A stretch of 64,000 nucleotides of DNA from the NCBI RefSeq assembly GCF_006345805.1, contig NC_043003.1, positions 78,554,001 through 78,618,000 of the forward strand, given 5' to 3'. The translations under genes were made by a program, and so were the position numbers. The number at the start of each line of letters is the position of its first letter. The stretch's first letter is position 1. The notes beneath the pieces are model-generated. The model searched no databases. It was not told the DNA's origin and was given only the letters and a program-made list of their open reading frames with translations. The stretch comes from Octopus sinensis. Taxonomy: Eukaryota. Below are positions 38,705-54,300 of this stretch, piece by piece.

Positions 38705-39307
38705 ACCGTGACCGCCCAGGCTATCAGATGTTGCTACACATCGCTGGTCACAACACGTCTCACATTATTTTAGCCTTCAAATGATGCTACCCCGCTGGCT
38801 AAGTGAGCAGGCCAACAGAAGAAAGAGTAAGAGAAAGTTGTGGTGAATGAGTACAGCAGGGATTGCTGGAGCCTTGCGGATTTTTAGGTGTTTTCGTTCA
38901 ATAAACACTCACAACCCCTGGTCTGGGAATCGAAACTGCGATCCTACGGCTGCGAGTCCGCTGCCCTAACCACTGAGCCACTGCGCCTCCACACACACAC
39001 ACACACATATATATATTTATTCTAAACACTATGTAATGTAAAGGAGCTTCTACTAACCTTACATTCCTCCCGAAGAGACCTTAAGTTTTCAATGATAGGG
39101 GCCAGAGTTTCCTTTTTCTCTCCAATTTTCCCAGTCAGTACATGTATCATGTGAGACATGTCTTCTAACTGCTTGTCCTTCATCTCATCAAATTCACTTT
39201 TCAAAGTAGAAACTTTTTCAAGTTCTTCTTGGGTTTTCCAATAGCCAGAGACTCCTTTATTTGCCTCCAGGTGTGTCTAGAAGGTGATAGAAATATATCA
39301 GTTTCAT

Positions 39308-39354
<47 letters not shown>

Positions 39355-42300
39355 GTGATTCAAAACTCACCATACATAGGAAAAGTTTATTTTTTTATAA
39401 GAAACAGTTAAATTAAAAAAAAAAAACTGTTTCTTATAAAAAAATAAATTGTTTCTTATGTATGGCAACTTTTGAATCACCCAGTATATAGTAACAGAAA
39501 TATATTGGTTTCATTCACATTAGAAAAAAAGAGAAAAAAAAAAGAGATGACAAAGGAATAAATGATAATCTTATTGACTTCATTAGCTTACATCTGTTTC
39601 TGCTATAAAATTTGGTGGGCTCATAGTTGAATGCCTGAGTAACACCTTATTGCTTCATCAGAGTCTCAATCATGGAGTGTAATTTATTTGGGAAAACAAT
39701 TACATTTATGCATATATACAGGTAAGGCTACAGTAGAAGACACTTGCTGAAGGTGCCATGAAGTGGGTGTGAACACAGAACCATGTGAATGGGAAGTAAT
39801 CTTCTTACCACACAGCCATGAACACAGTTCAATGATTGAAAAGAATTTAAGAAAAATAATTTCTAAAATCAGCTGACTAAATTTTTAAAATATTTTTAGA
39901 AGTTTAGCCAAGAGGATGTGATTGTACCCTTGATCTTCACAAGCCATCTGAGATTGTAGAAGGTGGTGTTCTCATTACCTCTGTAAGTCCTCTGACACTG
40001 GTCACTTGATGTTGTTGCTGATACCCATTTTGATTAACTTGCAATATGGTATCTGTTGGAAAAACTTGGGAAGGGAATTTCAAAGGGGAGGATGGATTGA
40101 GCATGGTGATTGGTACAGGAGCAGTGAGTATTTATTGCTGTCGTTGAAAGCAACTAGGTTATGATTCTTTCAAGGTACAGAGAAATCTTGATCGAGGAGT
40201 GACTGAAAGAAGGATCCTGTAAAGTCGGTACTGACTCTATTGGCAAGATACCATAAGAACAGCAGCAGTTTTGGGATAAGAGAGGTTGTAGGTTGTGTGA
40301 TGCACAAAAACCTCTTTCTATTTGGTAGAGGTAGGTGATAATATTGGTTTCAAATTTTGGCACAAGGCCAGGAATTTCAGAGGTGGGAGTAAGTCAATTA
40401 CATCATCCCTAGTCCTCAACTGGTACTTATTTTATCAAGCTTGAAAGGATGAAAGGCAAAGAGAGCCTTGGCAGAATTTGAACTCAGAATGCAAAGATGA
40501 ATGAAATTCCACTAAGCATTTTGCCTGGCATGCTAACATTTCTGCTGGCTCACCACCCTTGATAATGATTCTACAGGCTCACTAATCTTGCTAAAAATTC
40601 TGCAGGCTCACCACCCTGAGATGGGTGATAATACTACAAGACCTGTAATGCTTAGCAGTATTTTGTCTGCCAATACATCCTGAGTTCAAATTCTGCCAAA
40701 GTCGACTTTGCCTTCATCCTTTCGGAGTCGATAAATTATGTACCAGTTGTATAATTGATTAGCTCCCTACCCAAAAATTTCAGGCCTTGTGCTTAGAGTA
40801 GAAAAGAATACTACAAAACATGTAATAAGGACTCTCCTACTGCCAGATTCCTCTATCCTCATAAACTAAAACATAATAATGATTTCTAGAACTTTTTTCT
40901 AAAAGATTTCTAATGTAAACACAAAGCTACAGATATGAGTGGAGGGTATTGTCTATTAGAGCATCTCCAACTCTTGACTAGGACTTTATATTACTGACCT
41001 CAGAAGGATAAAAAGTAAAGGCAGTCTTGACAGTTTGAACTCAGTAATTAGCATGCCAGGTGAAATGCTTAGCAGTATTTCATCTGCCGTTACGTTCAGA
41101 GTTCAAATTCTGCCGAGGTCAACTTTGCCTTTCATCCTTTCAGGGTCGATAAATTAAGTTACCAGTTGCGTGCTAGGGTTGATCTAATCGACTAGTCTCC
41201 TCCCCCAAAATTTCAGGCCTTGAGCCTAGAGTAGAAAAGTAGGAAAGAAATGTGTGTATGCTACAAATAGTAGTTACTGCATGTTGTATATACACATTTC
41301 TAAGCATTATATGTACTCTGTTGCCTAATATATCAGTAGAAACATGAGCTGACAGTAGCCAATGTACTACAAAATTCTACACAGCTCTAACACTGAAGAA
41401 ATAAAAATAGAAGAGACAGCATATAACATAATGGGCACAGCTTTTATGTTTGGATTCAGATATTTTGATGGGCAGGGGACTGGTAGTGGCATGGGTGTTA
41501 CATCCATCTGTACACAGATTTTTTTTTAGCCTTTATTTCCTACAGAAATATCAACTTAAAAAAGAAAAAAATTCAAGTGACATTATGATAAACTGTTTGT
41601 TAGCCACAACCACAACAATGACAACAATAATAACAGACTTTGAAATGTGATTAAGTCAATAAAAATGAATGAATGAGTGTGTATGTGTGTGTGTGTGTGT
41701 GTGTGTATTTATTTATGTCTGTGTTTGCCTGCCCTCCACCACTACTTGACAATTGGTGTTGGTGTGTTTACATCCCTGTAACTTAACAGTTCAGTAAAAG
41801 AGACTGATAGAATAAGTTCCAAGCTTAACAGAAAGTACTGGGATCAATTCATTTGACTAAAATCCTTCAAGGTAGTAGCCCAGTTTGGCCACAGTCTAAT
41901 GCCTGAAGCAAGTCAAACGATAAAAGAGACAGAAGAAATATAACTACAGTATATCAGAATGTTTGTAGTAAAACAACAGAAGGCATTGAATCCCTAATTA
42001 AATGAAACGAGTGAATAACTTTAGAAGTAACTTACCAATTGTTCATTGCTGAGACCAAGTTTATGAGAGAGGATCTCCTCTGTGCGAGAAAGGACACCAT
42101 GCTCAACTTTGATCTCTTCTAGTTCAAATTTCTTCTTTTTATGCAAATTGCTTTTGGATCTGAGCTTGTTAACAAACATCATGTACTAGAAAAGATAGCA
42201 GTACCCAAACATTATATAAGCTACAAGATAGTGATACTTGAAACATGTATTGTGAGAGATAATAATACTGAAACATTATGTACTGTAACAGATAGTAATT

Positions 42301-45300
42301 CTCAAGAATTAAAGTATAAAAACAGCAATACTATAATGGATACAATATTTAATACTATGTATTTCAAAATGAAGTGATACTGTAACAATATGTACTATAA
42401 AAGATTGCAATATACAAACATTACAATAATATAATAATGAAATTATTGTATGCAGTGCTCAGGTGCACCACAACTTGTCAAAAGTGCGTATAAAGCATAT
42501 GCAGTAATGTACAAATGTCTGGGAAGTGAACAGTGTATGAGTCAAATATGTGCTTGTGTGTGTGTATGGAGGAGAGAAAATCAGGTGTAGTGTTGGCTAA
42601 TCTCAGGAAGCATGGAAGTTTTGAAGTTTTGAAGGATGCAATGCTCCGACAACTGACAACTGATGCTGGCAGTTTGTTCCATGCTTCAGCAACTCTTAGC
42701 GGGAAAAAATGTTTCCGAAAGTCATGGGAGCTGTGCTGTTTTCTGACTTTGTACACATGTCCACGGGTATTAGACAGGTGGAGTTTGAAAAGGTGCTCAG
42801 AGTTATTGTTAGTAAGATGGTTAATAATTTTATGGGTGTCTGCCAAGTCAGCTGCCAGACGTCAGAGTTTCAATGTATCCATGCCCAGGGAAGTAAGGCG
42901 CTCAGAATATGGCAAATGCCTGATGGAGGGTATTCTCTTGGTTGCATGTCACTGAATGGTTTCCAGATGGTTAATATCCTGGGCAAGAGAGGGGTTCCAG
43001 ACCAGTGATGCAAATTCCAGGTGAGGCCGCACCAAACAAAATTATAATTTTATTTTGTCTTTGGCCAGCAAGTGTTATCTCCTATTTTCTTCTCTCTAGA
43101 AAGCATAGGGAATGGCAACTATTTACTTCTGTGACCTGGACATCATCGTTTTGAAACTGATTTATTTTCCATTATACTTCAGCCATATTCAGGGCAAATA
43201 TTCTGCCCAATGCCACAGATTTATTTGACCTTAACTAGCTGAGCATTTCCTTTAGGGGCTGACAGTATGGGCATCTCTGATCATGAACAGGAGTAGTCGG
43301 GGAGCATCATAGCCATGTGTTGAGGGATTCTTTGGGGTTTGAATAAATGTAACAAAAGCGAAGTTTGAAGGAAATATTAGCCATTTTTCATACTTTCTAT
43401 GGGTAAGCAAGTAGGAAATAACAGTCGCTAGCCAAGGATAAAAATTGTATTACACAGAATTATGTACTGGAAAAAATTGCAATATTCCAATATTGGGTAC
43501 TCTAAAAGACAGCATTACCCAAAACATTATGTACTGTAAAAGGTAGCTATACTCAAACATTGTGTATAGTAAAAAAATTGACAATAAAAATATAATGTTG
43601 TATTAAAGTACATAATGTTTGAGTATTGCTGCACTTAAAACATTATATATTATAAATGAGAGCAATACTCAACGAACAACATCTTTCTGTTTGAAATAGA
43701 AAAGTGAGGAAGCAAGGAAAAAAACGAAAAGGGAACAGAGAGAAAAGAGGAGGGGAGGTGGAAAGAAAGAAAAAGAAAAACAGAGAAAAGGGAGATAATG
43801 ACATATAGATGTAAAAAAGGAGAGATAATCATCATCATCATCATCATCATCATTTAGCGTCCGCTTTCCATGCTAGCATGGGTTGGACAGTTCAACTGGG
43901 GTCTGTGAAGCCAGAAGGCTGCATCAGGCCCAGTCTGATCTGGCAGTGTTTCTACGGCTGTATGCCCTTCCTAACGTCAACCACTCCGTGAGTGTAGTGG
44001 GTGCTTTTTACGTGCCACCCGCACAGGTGCCAGACGGAGCTGGCAAACGGCCATGAACGGATGGTGCTTTTACGTGCCACCAGCACGGAGGCCAGTCGGG
44101 GCGGCGCTGGCAATGGCCACGAACGGATGGTGCTTGGAGATAATAATATGTAGATGTAAAAAAAAATGATGAAAGGGAAGGGAGAGAAATGAAACAGATA
44201 TATAGACACTAAAAAAAAGAGAAAGAAAATGACAAAAAAAGAGGCAAACAAAAATGAGAGAGAAAGCATCAGCTTACATCCTCTCCCCTCAAAATCTCCC
44301 CACCACCAGTCTCTTTCAGAAGCTGTCTCTTTGATTCATATTGCTGTGAAAGTTTGTTAATTTCTTCCCTCATTTTTTTCACTTCTTCGATTTTCTCATC
44401 TTTCTTGCGGGCAACAATGGTGGCCTGAAATCAAGAGTGAAACAGAGGATGTCATTACTGGCTTCACAATGGATCCAGAGACTATTTTACAATCAAGTAT
44501 CAACGACATCCCTGCAATCATTCATTGATTTACAAATATCAATCATATAAATTACTGAGAGATTTACTGAAAATGGTGCCATTCCCAAGACTCACCTGAT
44601 TCCTAAACAAATGCAGTTTATCATCACCTCCATTTGATAAAATACCTTTTTTCTCAATTAGCTGATTGACTTCTGTAATGAGGTCTTGAAGCTGAAAATA
44701 ATTTGCAGGTAAACATTCTCCATGACAAATTCTCAAAAACAATAAAACTTGCACAGATTTCTTTAATATAAGTTAAAATTACATGGAAGAAAAAACCCCA
44801 AAAAGCAGGCTATTGAAGATATTCTACAGAATTTTCTTTAATCTAGAAAAGCATCAAAGAAATTGATGAATTTTCATTAAGCTATCTTTGTTGATTTACC
44901 ATTTAATAAATATATGCAGTAAGGTGGCAAGCTGGCAGAATCATTAGCACACTGGAGAAAATGCTTAGCAGCATTTCATCAGTCGATACGTTCTGAGTTC
45001 AAATTCTTCTGAGGTTGACTTTGCTTTTTATTCTTTCAGGTTTCCATAAAATAAGTATCAGTTGAGCACTGGAGTTGATCTAATCAACTTATACCTCCCC
45101 TGAAATTACTGGCCTTGTGCCAATATTTGAAAACTAAATATATATATATATTCACTTATTTACTGTTCCAAAAGTGGAGAATCAGGAAAATTCTTTAGTC
45201 TTGTCAAGGATAAGACTGTCACTAATGCTGGTGCCATAACAAGACATCCAGTACTCTCTACAAAGTGTTTGGTGTTCTGAAGGGCATCCATCCATAAAAA

Positions 45301-48300
45301 CCATGCTGAATGAAAATAATGAGAAAGGTATGGTTCCACACTATCTATGACCAGGAGCTATCTAGGATCATGGCAACCTGTCAAGCCTAAGCTGTGGAAA
45401 TTGAGAGATAATTTTCGAAATACCAGCAACTATACAGGATAGGAAAAAAATTTAAGTGGATAAAAAAATATGATGGAGATACTGAATGGTGGAATTACTT
45501 TTCATAAGTGGTTACCTAGCCTGAGAGGAGAGCAAAAGAAGGAGGGAAAGAGTATGATCAAGAAAGAGAGCAGAAACCGGTATATTCATCATCATCACGA
45601 TGTATCTCTTTTACAACGGCATAATTGTTTCTGTCTTTTTCCTTGTTAACTTTCTCTCCCTCTCTCTCTCTCTCTAGATAACCATGTATCTCCTATTCAG
45701 CAGCATGCCTGTTTCTGTCCTCATTTCTGATCACTCTCTCTCTCTCTCCTCTGGTTAGGTAAGCATGTATCTCCTTTATTGCATCGCACCTGTTTCTAAC
45801 TTCTTTCTTATTTCTTTATCGCCCACAAGGGGCTAAACACAGAGGGGACAAACAAGGGATTAAGTCGATTACATCGACCCCAGTGCGTAACTGGTACTTA
45901 ATTTATCGACCCCGAAAGAATGAAAGACAAAGTCGACCTCAGCGAAATTTGAACTCAGAACATAACAGCAGACGAAATACTGCTAAGCATTTTGCCAGGC
46001 ATGCTAATGTTTCTGCCAGATCGCCGCCTTCTACTTTCTTTCTTGTTAACTCTTTCTCTCTCCCTCTCTGTCTGCCTGTCTCTGTATCTCTCTCTCCCTA
46101 GTCATTTCACTCTCTCTATAGCTGGGTAACCATGTACCTCCTCTACAGCAAGACATCTGTTTCTGTCTCTCCCTGTCACACTCTAACCTTTCATCATCTG
46201 GCACAACATCACCTCTTCCAATGCCCCCTCCCCTCTCAAAGATTCGTTGTCTTTCAAAGTTACTTGGTGACCCTGCCAGTGCTGGTGCCACTTAAAAAGC
46301 ATCCAGTTCACATTGTAAAGTAGTGGTTGACATTTGGAAAGGCATCCAGCTGTAAAAACCATACCAAAAGTGACCTCACCTGTAAAAAGCACTCAGCTCA
46401 CTCTGCTGTGTGGTTGCTGTTAGGAAGGGCATCCAACCGTAAAAGAATAACATGCCAAAACAGACACTGAAGTGTGGTGCCAGCTTGTCAGGCCAGCTCC
46501 TGTCAAACCGTCCAACCCATGCCTGCATGGAAAGCAGATGTTAAACGATGATGATTGGGTGGCTTACCTGATTTTCCAACTCCTCTAGTTCAGGCTGACC
46601 AAGAACACGCTCAGAAACAGCCATTTGCATAATGTTTTCAATCTTTTTCTTCTCTTCAATTTCTTTTACTTGTTGAGTAGAAACTACATACTTGTTGGTC
46701 TTAATCTCTTCTTCAAGCTGCTGTAATATCACTACAAATACAGGTGTACATGGACAGATTAAATAGATCTGTTATAAATTAACCCTTTTGTAATCAGATT
46801 ACTCTATCAAATACAATGCTTATTTATTCATACTGCTTTGACTTAATCATACATTATCTTGTAGCTTTGAAATTTTGAAAATGCAATTGCTCATTTTTAG
46901 AATGACATTGTAAGGTAGATGTGAGAGGCACTTTCTTCCTATGGCTGGGTTTCAACATGGCCCACAGTAACAAAGTCCATTTGCCATACTTCTCAGTCCA
47001 ACATCACTGCCTTGAGGTTTTGGATACATTCCAGGTCATTGTCTGCGAACAAGTCGTCAATGCAAATGTAGCAATGTTTCCATCTTCTTACATCAACAAG
47101 AAATTCCAAAAGACTACGTCACATGCTTCCAGTTCAGGGTGGCACACACAGTGACGAGATACTTGCAGCCATCTTTGCCTTATCTTGCTAACTTTTGGCA
47201 GGTTTCCATAAGAGCATCTGTTTGTCATATGTTGCTGCCATTTGTAGCATCCATTTAGCTAAGTTCAGTGTCCATGTTTCACTGCCATATAATAGCACTG
47301 ATTTGACAAGTTTAAATGCTAAAGGGTAAATAGGGAAAGATTAAACATAGGTGTACATATAAAGATTAAATACAGATGCATGGTTATATATTAAACATAG
47401 ATATTTAGGAATGGATTAAAATAGGATACACTGTTGTAGATTAAAGGTAGGTATGGATTAAATACAAGTATACAATGACAGTAAAAATGGAAATTGAAAT
47501 GGTATTTAGTTTTTAAACACTTGGTTGATCATATGATCAATAACATGGAATCATGCCAGACATCAGCTTTGAAATGAATCAGCAGGAATTTTGGTATATG
47601 TTGGCAAGTCAAAATAAGTTCAGATTTTTTATTCAAGATTGGATCATGCCTTTAAGGCAAAATTTTGAAATAAAGATTGGAGTTGGATAATAGATGTCAG
47701 AAAGGATAATAGTAAAGACTATCAGACAGAAGTTGCAAAACTTTGATCCATTCCAAAAAATGCTGTATCACATTAATGTTCTATTTTTCCTGGACTTTTG
47801 ATGGTACATTCACATCTGCTGAACAGCTAATTTCCACAACAGTGCACGGCTTTTGTTCCATGTCTCACAGAACAATATGTTCCACACCATTTATGAAGGC
47901 AGTAACTGTTATGTCTGCACAAAGGCAGTAACTCTGTTATGGTTGCACCGAGTGGCTGTTTCTATTGGAGTGTTCCACCAACATTCCTTGATTTTAAAGG
48001 TGTGAATACATGTTGGTTCTGACATGCCTTTGATGTATACATCAGGACAATCCTGCATCCATATAGTGTTCTAATTAGTCTTTTCAACTATATAATACCT
48101 CATGGTCAGGTAGTATCTTGTAGACATTTTAGAGCAGCTGCTGATGATGTGGGTGATATATTCTACACTGGTATAGCAGAGCCAACATTTTCTATCACAA
48201 TGTGGAGGTTTGGCGGTATCTTTGTCTCTCTTGTTTATCAGGTATTTAGCAGCTATCTCCAATACATGGTTAGCAAATGCATATCATTCAAGGTGGAATG

Positions 48301-51300
48301 TAATGTATCTACCACAGATCCAAGAGAGGCTACTGTTCCTGTAAATGCTCTTGTTACCCTCTAACATACATACGTACCCATGCATTGCTTTTTGCTGGGA
48401 CTGATGCCTGCTTCTCTTCCAGCCACCTTTGAGTCACATTAGATGATTGTACTCTGAAGGTGTAGTTGCTCTCACTTTTGAGTATGCATGTAATGTACTC
48501 ATTTCTTCCTTTACTATTCAGCTGATGTTGTCTGAGTGATACAATGCGACATTCAAAGGTTGTTTGGACTGAAATATAGGAGGATCAATTAATTATGATT
48601 TTATTGAACATATTCTCCTCTCAGATCCACTCATTGCAGCAGTCCTTCTGCTTTTCTAAGCCCTGTAAAAGAACTCAGAAGGTTGGGCCTCCAAACAGGC
48701 CTTTTGTCATACCCTTAAAACCAGGAACTTGTCAGTACCCTCTCATATATATAATACATATAGTTTTTTTTTGTTTTTTGGTCATTTGTGTGTGTGTTTT
48801 TCTGTATGTCGTTCAATGTATAGACAATGCAACACAAACTTTAAAAAAAGACTTTCACTTTGAACAATTCATGAAGGTATGTGCATGATTAACAAATATT
48901 TTTCCCAGTAGGGTAATGACAATTAACGACCTAGTGTCTTACAAAATTAGAAAATTAATTATAGACACCATATGATAACAGACAAACACTAGTCACAAAC
49001 AGTGAGTAGGCACCTCACTACATGACTTACTTTTTGCAGTTGCCCCATTCCTGTATTGCTGTGTGTTCTTTAGCTGTTGCTGTAACCTTCGGATCTTCTG
49101 TTCAGCTTGATGGATCTGATAGATATAAGATCATGGATTAATAGATTATAGAGAATTATTGCTGGAAACCAATTTAGCATAGTTTTAGTGCTCAGGAGAA
49201 AAAATGTTTGAGTTTAATTTTAGAGTTAGAAGTGTATTAAAAAAGAAAAAAAGATCAAATTTATTTAATTACACTGTGTAACACAAATTTTGTCCCCGAG
49301 TAGCAACTGTTATTTCCGATTTATTTATCCCTAGAAAGTATGAACAACAGGTAATATTTCCTTCAAACTTTGCTTTTGTTACATTTATTCAAATCCCAAA
49401 GAATCCCTCTAACACATGGCTATGATGCTCCCCCACTACTCCTGCTCATGATCAAAGATCCACATAGTGTCAGCCACTAAGGGACCTGCTCAAGTAGTTA
49501 CGGTCAAGCAACTGACAAGCAAATCTGTGGTATTGAGCAGAATATTTGCTGAAATGATATTTTTGCTTCAAGCAACTCAGCACCGAATCTGTCGGAAATG
49601 TAATGGAAAACAGGTCAGTTTCATAACATTGATGTCAAGGTCACAAAAGCAAAGTTTGAAGGGAATAATAGTAATTTTGTTTTGATTTCTATATAGAAGC
49701 AAATAGGAAATAACACTTACTGACCACAGACAATAAATAAATAAATATTTTGTCAAAGGTGTTATTATATTTCTATTATTTAGCTAGAGAAAGAGAGGAA
49801 GCACTTTGAGATCAGGATCAGAAATCTGGCATGGATATTTTCAACAGAATGGATTCCACTAGAAATATTCAAAGGCCAGGTGGTAGTGTTAAACCAAGTC
49901 AGAAATAGGCAAACTTGTTCAAGAAGCAGGCCACATGAGACATGGCTCATTATCAAGCAGACTGCACCATTAAAAAGATCATTCAAATTTTCATTGGCCA
50001 TTCAGAAAGTCTTGTGAGCTGTAATTTGTTTATGACCAAACCCGGTAATGTATCTAAATTTACCATTTCTGGATTACCTTTGAACAAATTTCTTGGCAAA
50101 AAGTCTTTCACTTGGGAAAACACCCATTATTAAACAGAAAATAAAACTTATTTATTTCTAGTAAAACAGTAGAATCTGAGGAAACTTATAATGGTCTGTG
50201 TTAGTAAACAGTAAATGAAAAATGGATCAAAAGGTGGAATAAGTTTGTTGTGAGTAAAGAAGTGATCTGATATTTGGGGCAGGGCCCTACTCGGAGTCTT
50301 AGTCTTCATTTACAATAAGGATCTTCTTTCAACAGAAAGAGTCATGTGTCCTGTTTATTAGCATATGATACAGCATATAAATTTCTTATTTCTTTATTGC
50401 CCACAAGGGGCTAAACATAGAGGGGACAAACAAGGACAGACAAAGAGATTAAGTTGATTACATCTACCCCAGTACGAAACTGGTACTTAATTTATTGACC
50501 CTGAAAGTATGAAAGGCAAAGTCAACCTCGGTGGAATTTGAACTCAGAACGTAACGGCAGATGAAATACCGCTAAGCATTTCGCCCAACGTACTAACGCT
50601 TCTGCTAGCTCACTGCCTTTATTACTATATAACATATGCCATGGAAAAGGAGGAAATCATTGTTATTGACCAATATGCTAGAACATGTCAGTTGGCCCAG
50701 CCGCTCTCTGATTACCAAAGCAATTTCTTGACTTTTCAGAACCAAAGCTTTCCACCAATGAATAGTCTAACTCCTTCAGATTTGTAGATGTAAACAGTAA
50801 AATCCAACTTCTTATGGTTGTACCTACAACAAGGGTTGGACACAATACAGCAAGCAGATAAAAAACATGTAACATGACTGCTGTAACTTATTGTGAATTG
50901 TGTTATGGTGCTGTTTTTCTCACATATAGTGCCCAACTGACCCTACTATACTGTGTAGCTGACAAAATCAAAAACAAACAATGCACAAATGTAAAATTAA
51001 AAACATAAAATGGTGACAATTTACTCATCACACCCTGTACATATATACACACACACACACATATGAATGTATGTATGTTTATTACATAGTAGTTTATTAT
51101 TCACTAATTCATTATAAAAATAACATACTTGCTCATTTTGTCTTTGCTTCTGTTCAGCAAGTTTCTTCTCTTCATCTCGCTCCCTTCTTAGCTTCCGTGC
51201 AACAGCCATCATAGTCTGGGCATTTGGATGAGACTCAACCTACAAAAGCAATTAATCTCAAATGAAACATCCTTGCCATTTCAAGTGTCAGTAAAAACAA

Positions 51301-54300
51301 AAAAATCTTTGTCTACATCCCAACTACCTCCAAAAGAATGCACCTAACCAACAAAGATTCATACACCAAGATATTCAGATGTTTTTTGGTATATGACACC
51401 TTGTTAGTTGTCGAAGTACTGCATCCGAAGTACTGCATCCTGAGATTCGCCAACACTACACCTGATTTTCTCCCCTCCATACACTTGCAAGCATGTATCT
51501 GACTCATACATTGTTCACTTTCCAGACATTTGTACATTACTGCATATGCTTTATATGCACTTTTGGCAAGTTGTGGTGCACCTGAGCACTGTATACAATA
51601 ATTTCATTATTATCATTGGTCCCACATATGGATCACAGGTACATTGTCTTCCTTTTCTGAGTTTGCAGCACAACAACTTCTCCCCAGAGCTAGCTAGGTT
51701 TATATCAACTCAATCCAAGACCATGCAACAAACTCATTTTCCTTTCTTTCATAATGTAGACTGTTCCATCACCTCTGCCAACATGATGTTAACATCATTC
51801 CGAATATTTCTTGAAACTGTCAACAATATAGAATACCTTCTTGTCCATTCTCCACCCCTGCAAACACTGGCTTACTGATGCTCAAATTGTAAGTCTTGCT
51901 AATCTGGAAGAGCCTTCAATGGAGAAAGGGGTTGTCATCAGTGGCCCTGCAATCAAAACCATCATCATATCTTTGCTTTCCACGTCGACATTAATTGAAT
52001 GAACCTTCACGCTTTAAGTCAGTCCTTATTTACAGTTACTGCCCTTTAAATGAATGGGGCGACATATCGCTCATAAAGTAATGTCTTGGCACAGTTTCTA
52101 TTACTTCATTGCCTTCCTAACAGCAACCACTTTACAGAGTGTATACAGTGCATTTTATTGTAACACCAGCACTTCTGAAGTTGTATGTACCCTGCAAGAC
52201 AAAAGGCGTCCCCACTGTCTGTATCGTCACCTTTCATTCAGGGGCAATAACATTAACATGACCAAGGGATGGAAAAAAGTTCAGAACACGTTATCTTTAT
52301 TGGTAACAAAAAGGCTCTCTCTTGAGTGATGGGCAGTTTGTATGAAAGGTATGCATAAAGCATTATGCTGTTTGGTAGTAAAGCATGACGTTTTGAATGC
52401 TGAGGATTAGTAAAGACTCAAAAAGAAACGAAGTAAGCTTGCTTTGCTGAATATGTAATCTTAGAGTGTATAAACAACAATGTAGAAATGTGCTGAGAGA
52501 AAAACTGGATGTAAAAGTAATTAGCTGTTGTATGCAAGAAAGACTGTTCTGATAAGGGTGCATGATGTGTATGAAATGATGACAGTTGTATAAAGAACTC
52601 AGATGGAACCTGTAGAAAAGAAAGAAAGTGGTGAAGACATGCTGTAATTCATGAAAGTGATGACAAAGGACCAATGTAACTGGTTATGCATGGTGCTGGA
52701 GAAGGCCAGTCTACCTGTACAAGAAGGGTTAAAATGCTAATTAAAGTAATGAAAGTGATGGATACTGGATTGTGTTATCCGTTGGCTTCCTATGCAGTCC
52801 TTATCTGTGTTCCCCCATCTCCTCAATACCCTTTCTTTTTTTTTTATTCTCTTATTTACAATACTATGCCACCTATGCAACAAAGAGTGATGATAGATCT
52901 GTCCTAATTCAATTACCACTCCCTGCTGCAACCATCACTCATATCTCTCTCTTTTCCCTCAAGATGCAGATTAACAAGGGATAAGATCTGTTCGTATTTG
53001 TTGCATCCCATCAACATCTTTCTGCACTGCTAACCATTGATCCCTCTCCTTCAAGTCATTCATTAGTGACATCCATCACCCAGCCTATCTCTATGACTAT
53101 CATTCACTAGTGCTTTCTCTCTCTTACCAGCAACCAAAACCTTCTGTACTGCTAAATATCATTCATTCTCCCACAGATTACTATGACATCCCTCACTCGC
53201 ATTTGATCTCTTTCTTACCCACAAGCACCACCTCTCCCACATTATTGGCCAGAAGCCCTAAGCTAGTACTGTCTCTCTTCTGTTAGTCATTCCAGCATTG
53301 TCTCTGCCATTATTCCCTCCTCAATCCTCCTCTCACACAAATCATTTCGTTTCCCAACATGTCTCACTTCCTTCACTGTCCCACCCATGTTCATATGTTG
53401 ACTTGATTGAACAAAGACAGCATAGTGAAGACTCTTTAGTCATGAGAGTTACAAAACAGCCCAACAGGTGTTGGGGCCATCATGAAATGTATCTAGTAAC
53501 TCTGTGACATGTTTGGCTAGCAAGAGAAGACAATACAGAGTTGAGAACATTATAACCTCAGCAGTGTTGGTTCAATGAAGAGATACAGACAATACACTTT
53601 ACGTTCTTAATTAAAGAAGGATCCATTGCATGAAATTGTCTATGATATACAAAACAATTGATTGGTCATTACTGGAAATATCATGGTTCTAGTTCTGCTT
53701 AATCAGGACTAACCCGGGGTTAAACAAGAACAACAGTATTAGCCTTGTGTGGCACGTAAAAAGCACCATCCGATCATGGCCGTTTGCCAGCCTCGTCTGG
53801 CACCTGTGCAGGTGGCACGTAAAAAGCACCCACTACACTCACAGAGTGGTTGGCGTTAGGAAGGGTATCCAGCTGTAGAAACACTGCCAGATCAGACTGG
53901 GCCTGGCACAGCCTTCTAGTTTCCCAGATTCTAGTTGAACCATCCAACCCATGTTAGCATGGAAAATGGACGTTAAACAATGATGATGATGATGATGATG
54001 AAGCAGACTACGAAATTGTCAATGAAAAAATGACAAAATTAAATCAACAAAATACAGATAGTATTGTTTCTCTATTTCTTCTTCCTTCTACTTCCATTTC
54101 CTCAGACAAATATTTTGAATGAAATATTTTCTATAAACTGTTTCAATGGAATTCCAAACTAAAAGCAAATAGGAAGTCTATTATTGCCCACCTCCACCAT
54201 GACCTAATTAAACTTACTTTATGCTTCAGCCTCTCAATACGTTTCAAAAGTTGTTCTTTTTCTTCCTCCATCTGGCTGATATCACGACGAATTTCGGAAG

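Noticed and set aside
38915-38990. tRNA gene (also 5071-5145 and the family A/B heads)
   Set aside because: A/B boxes present but no complete cloverleaf acceptor stem, and each continues into a SINE body.
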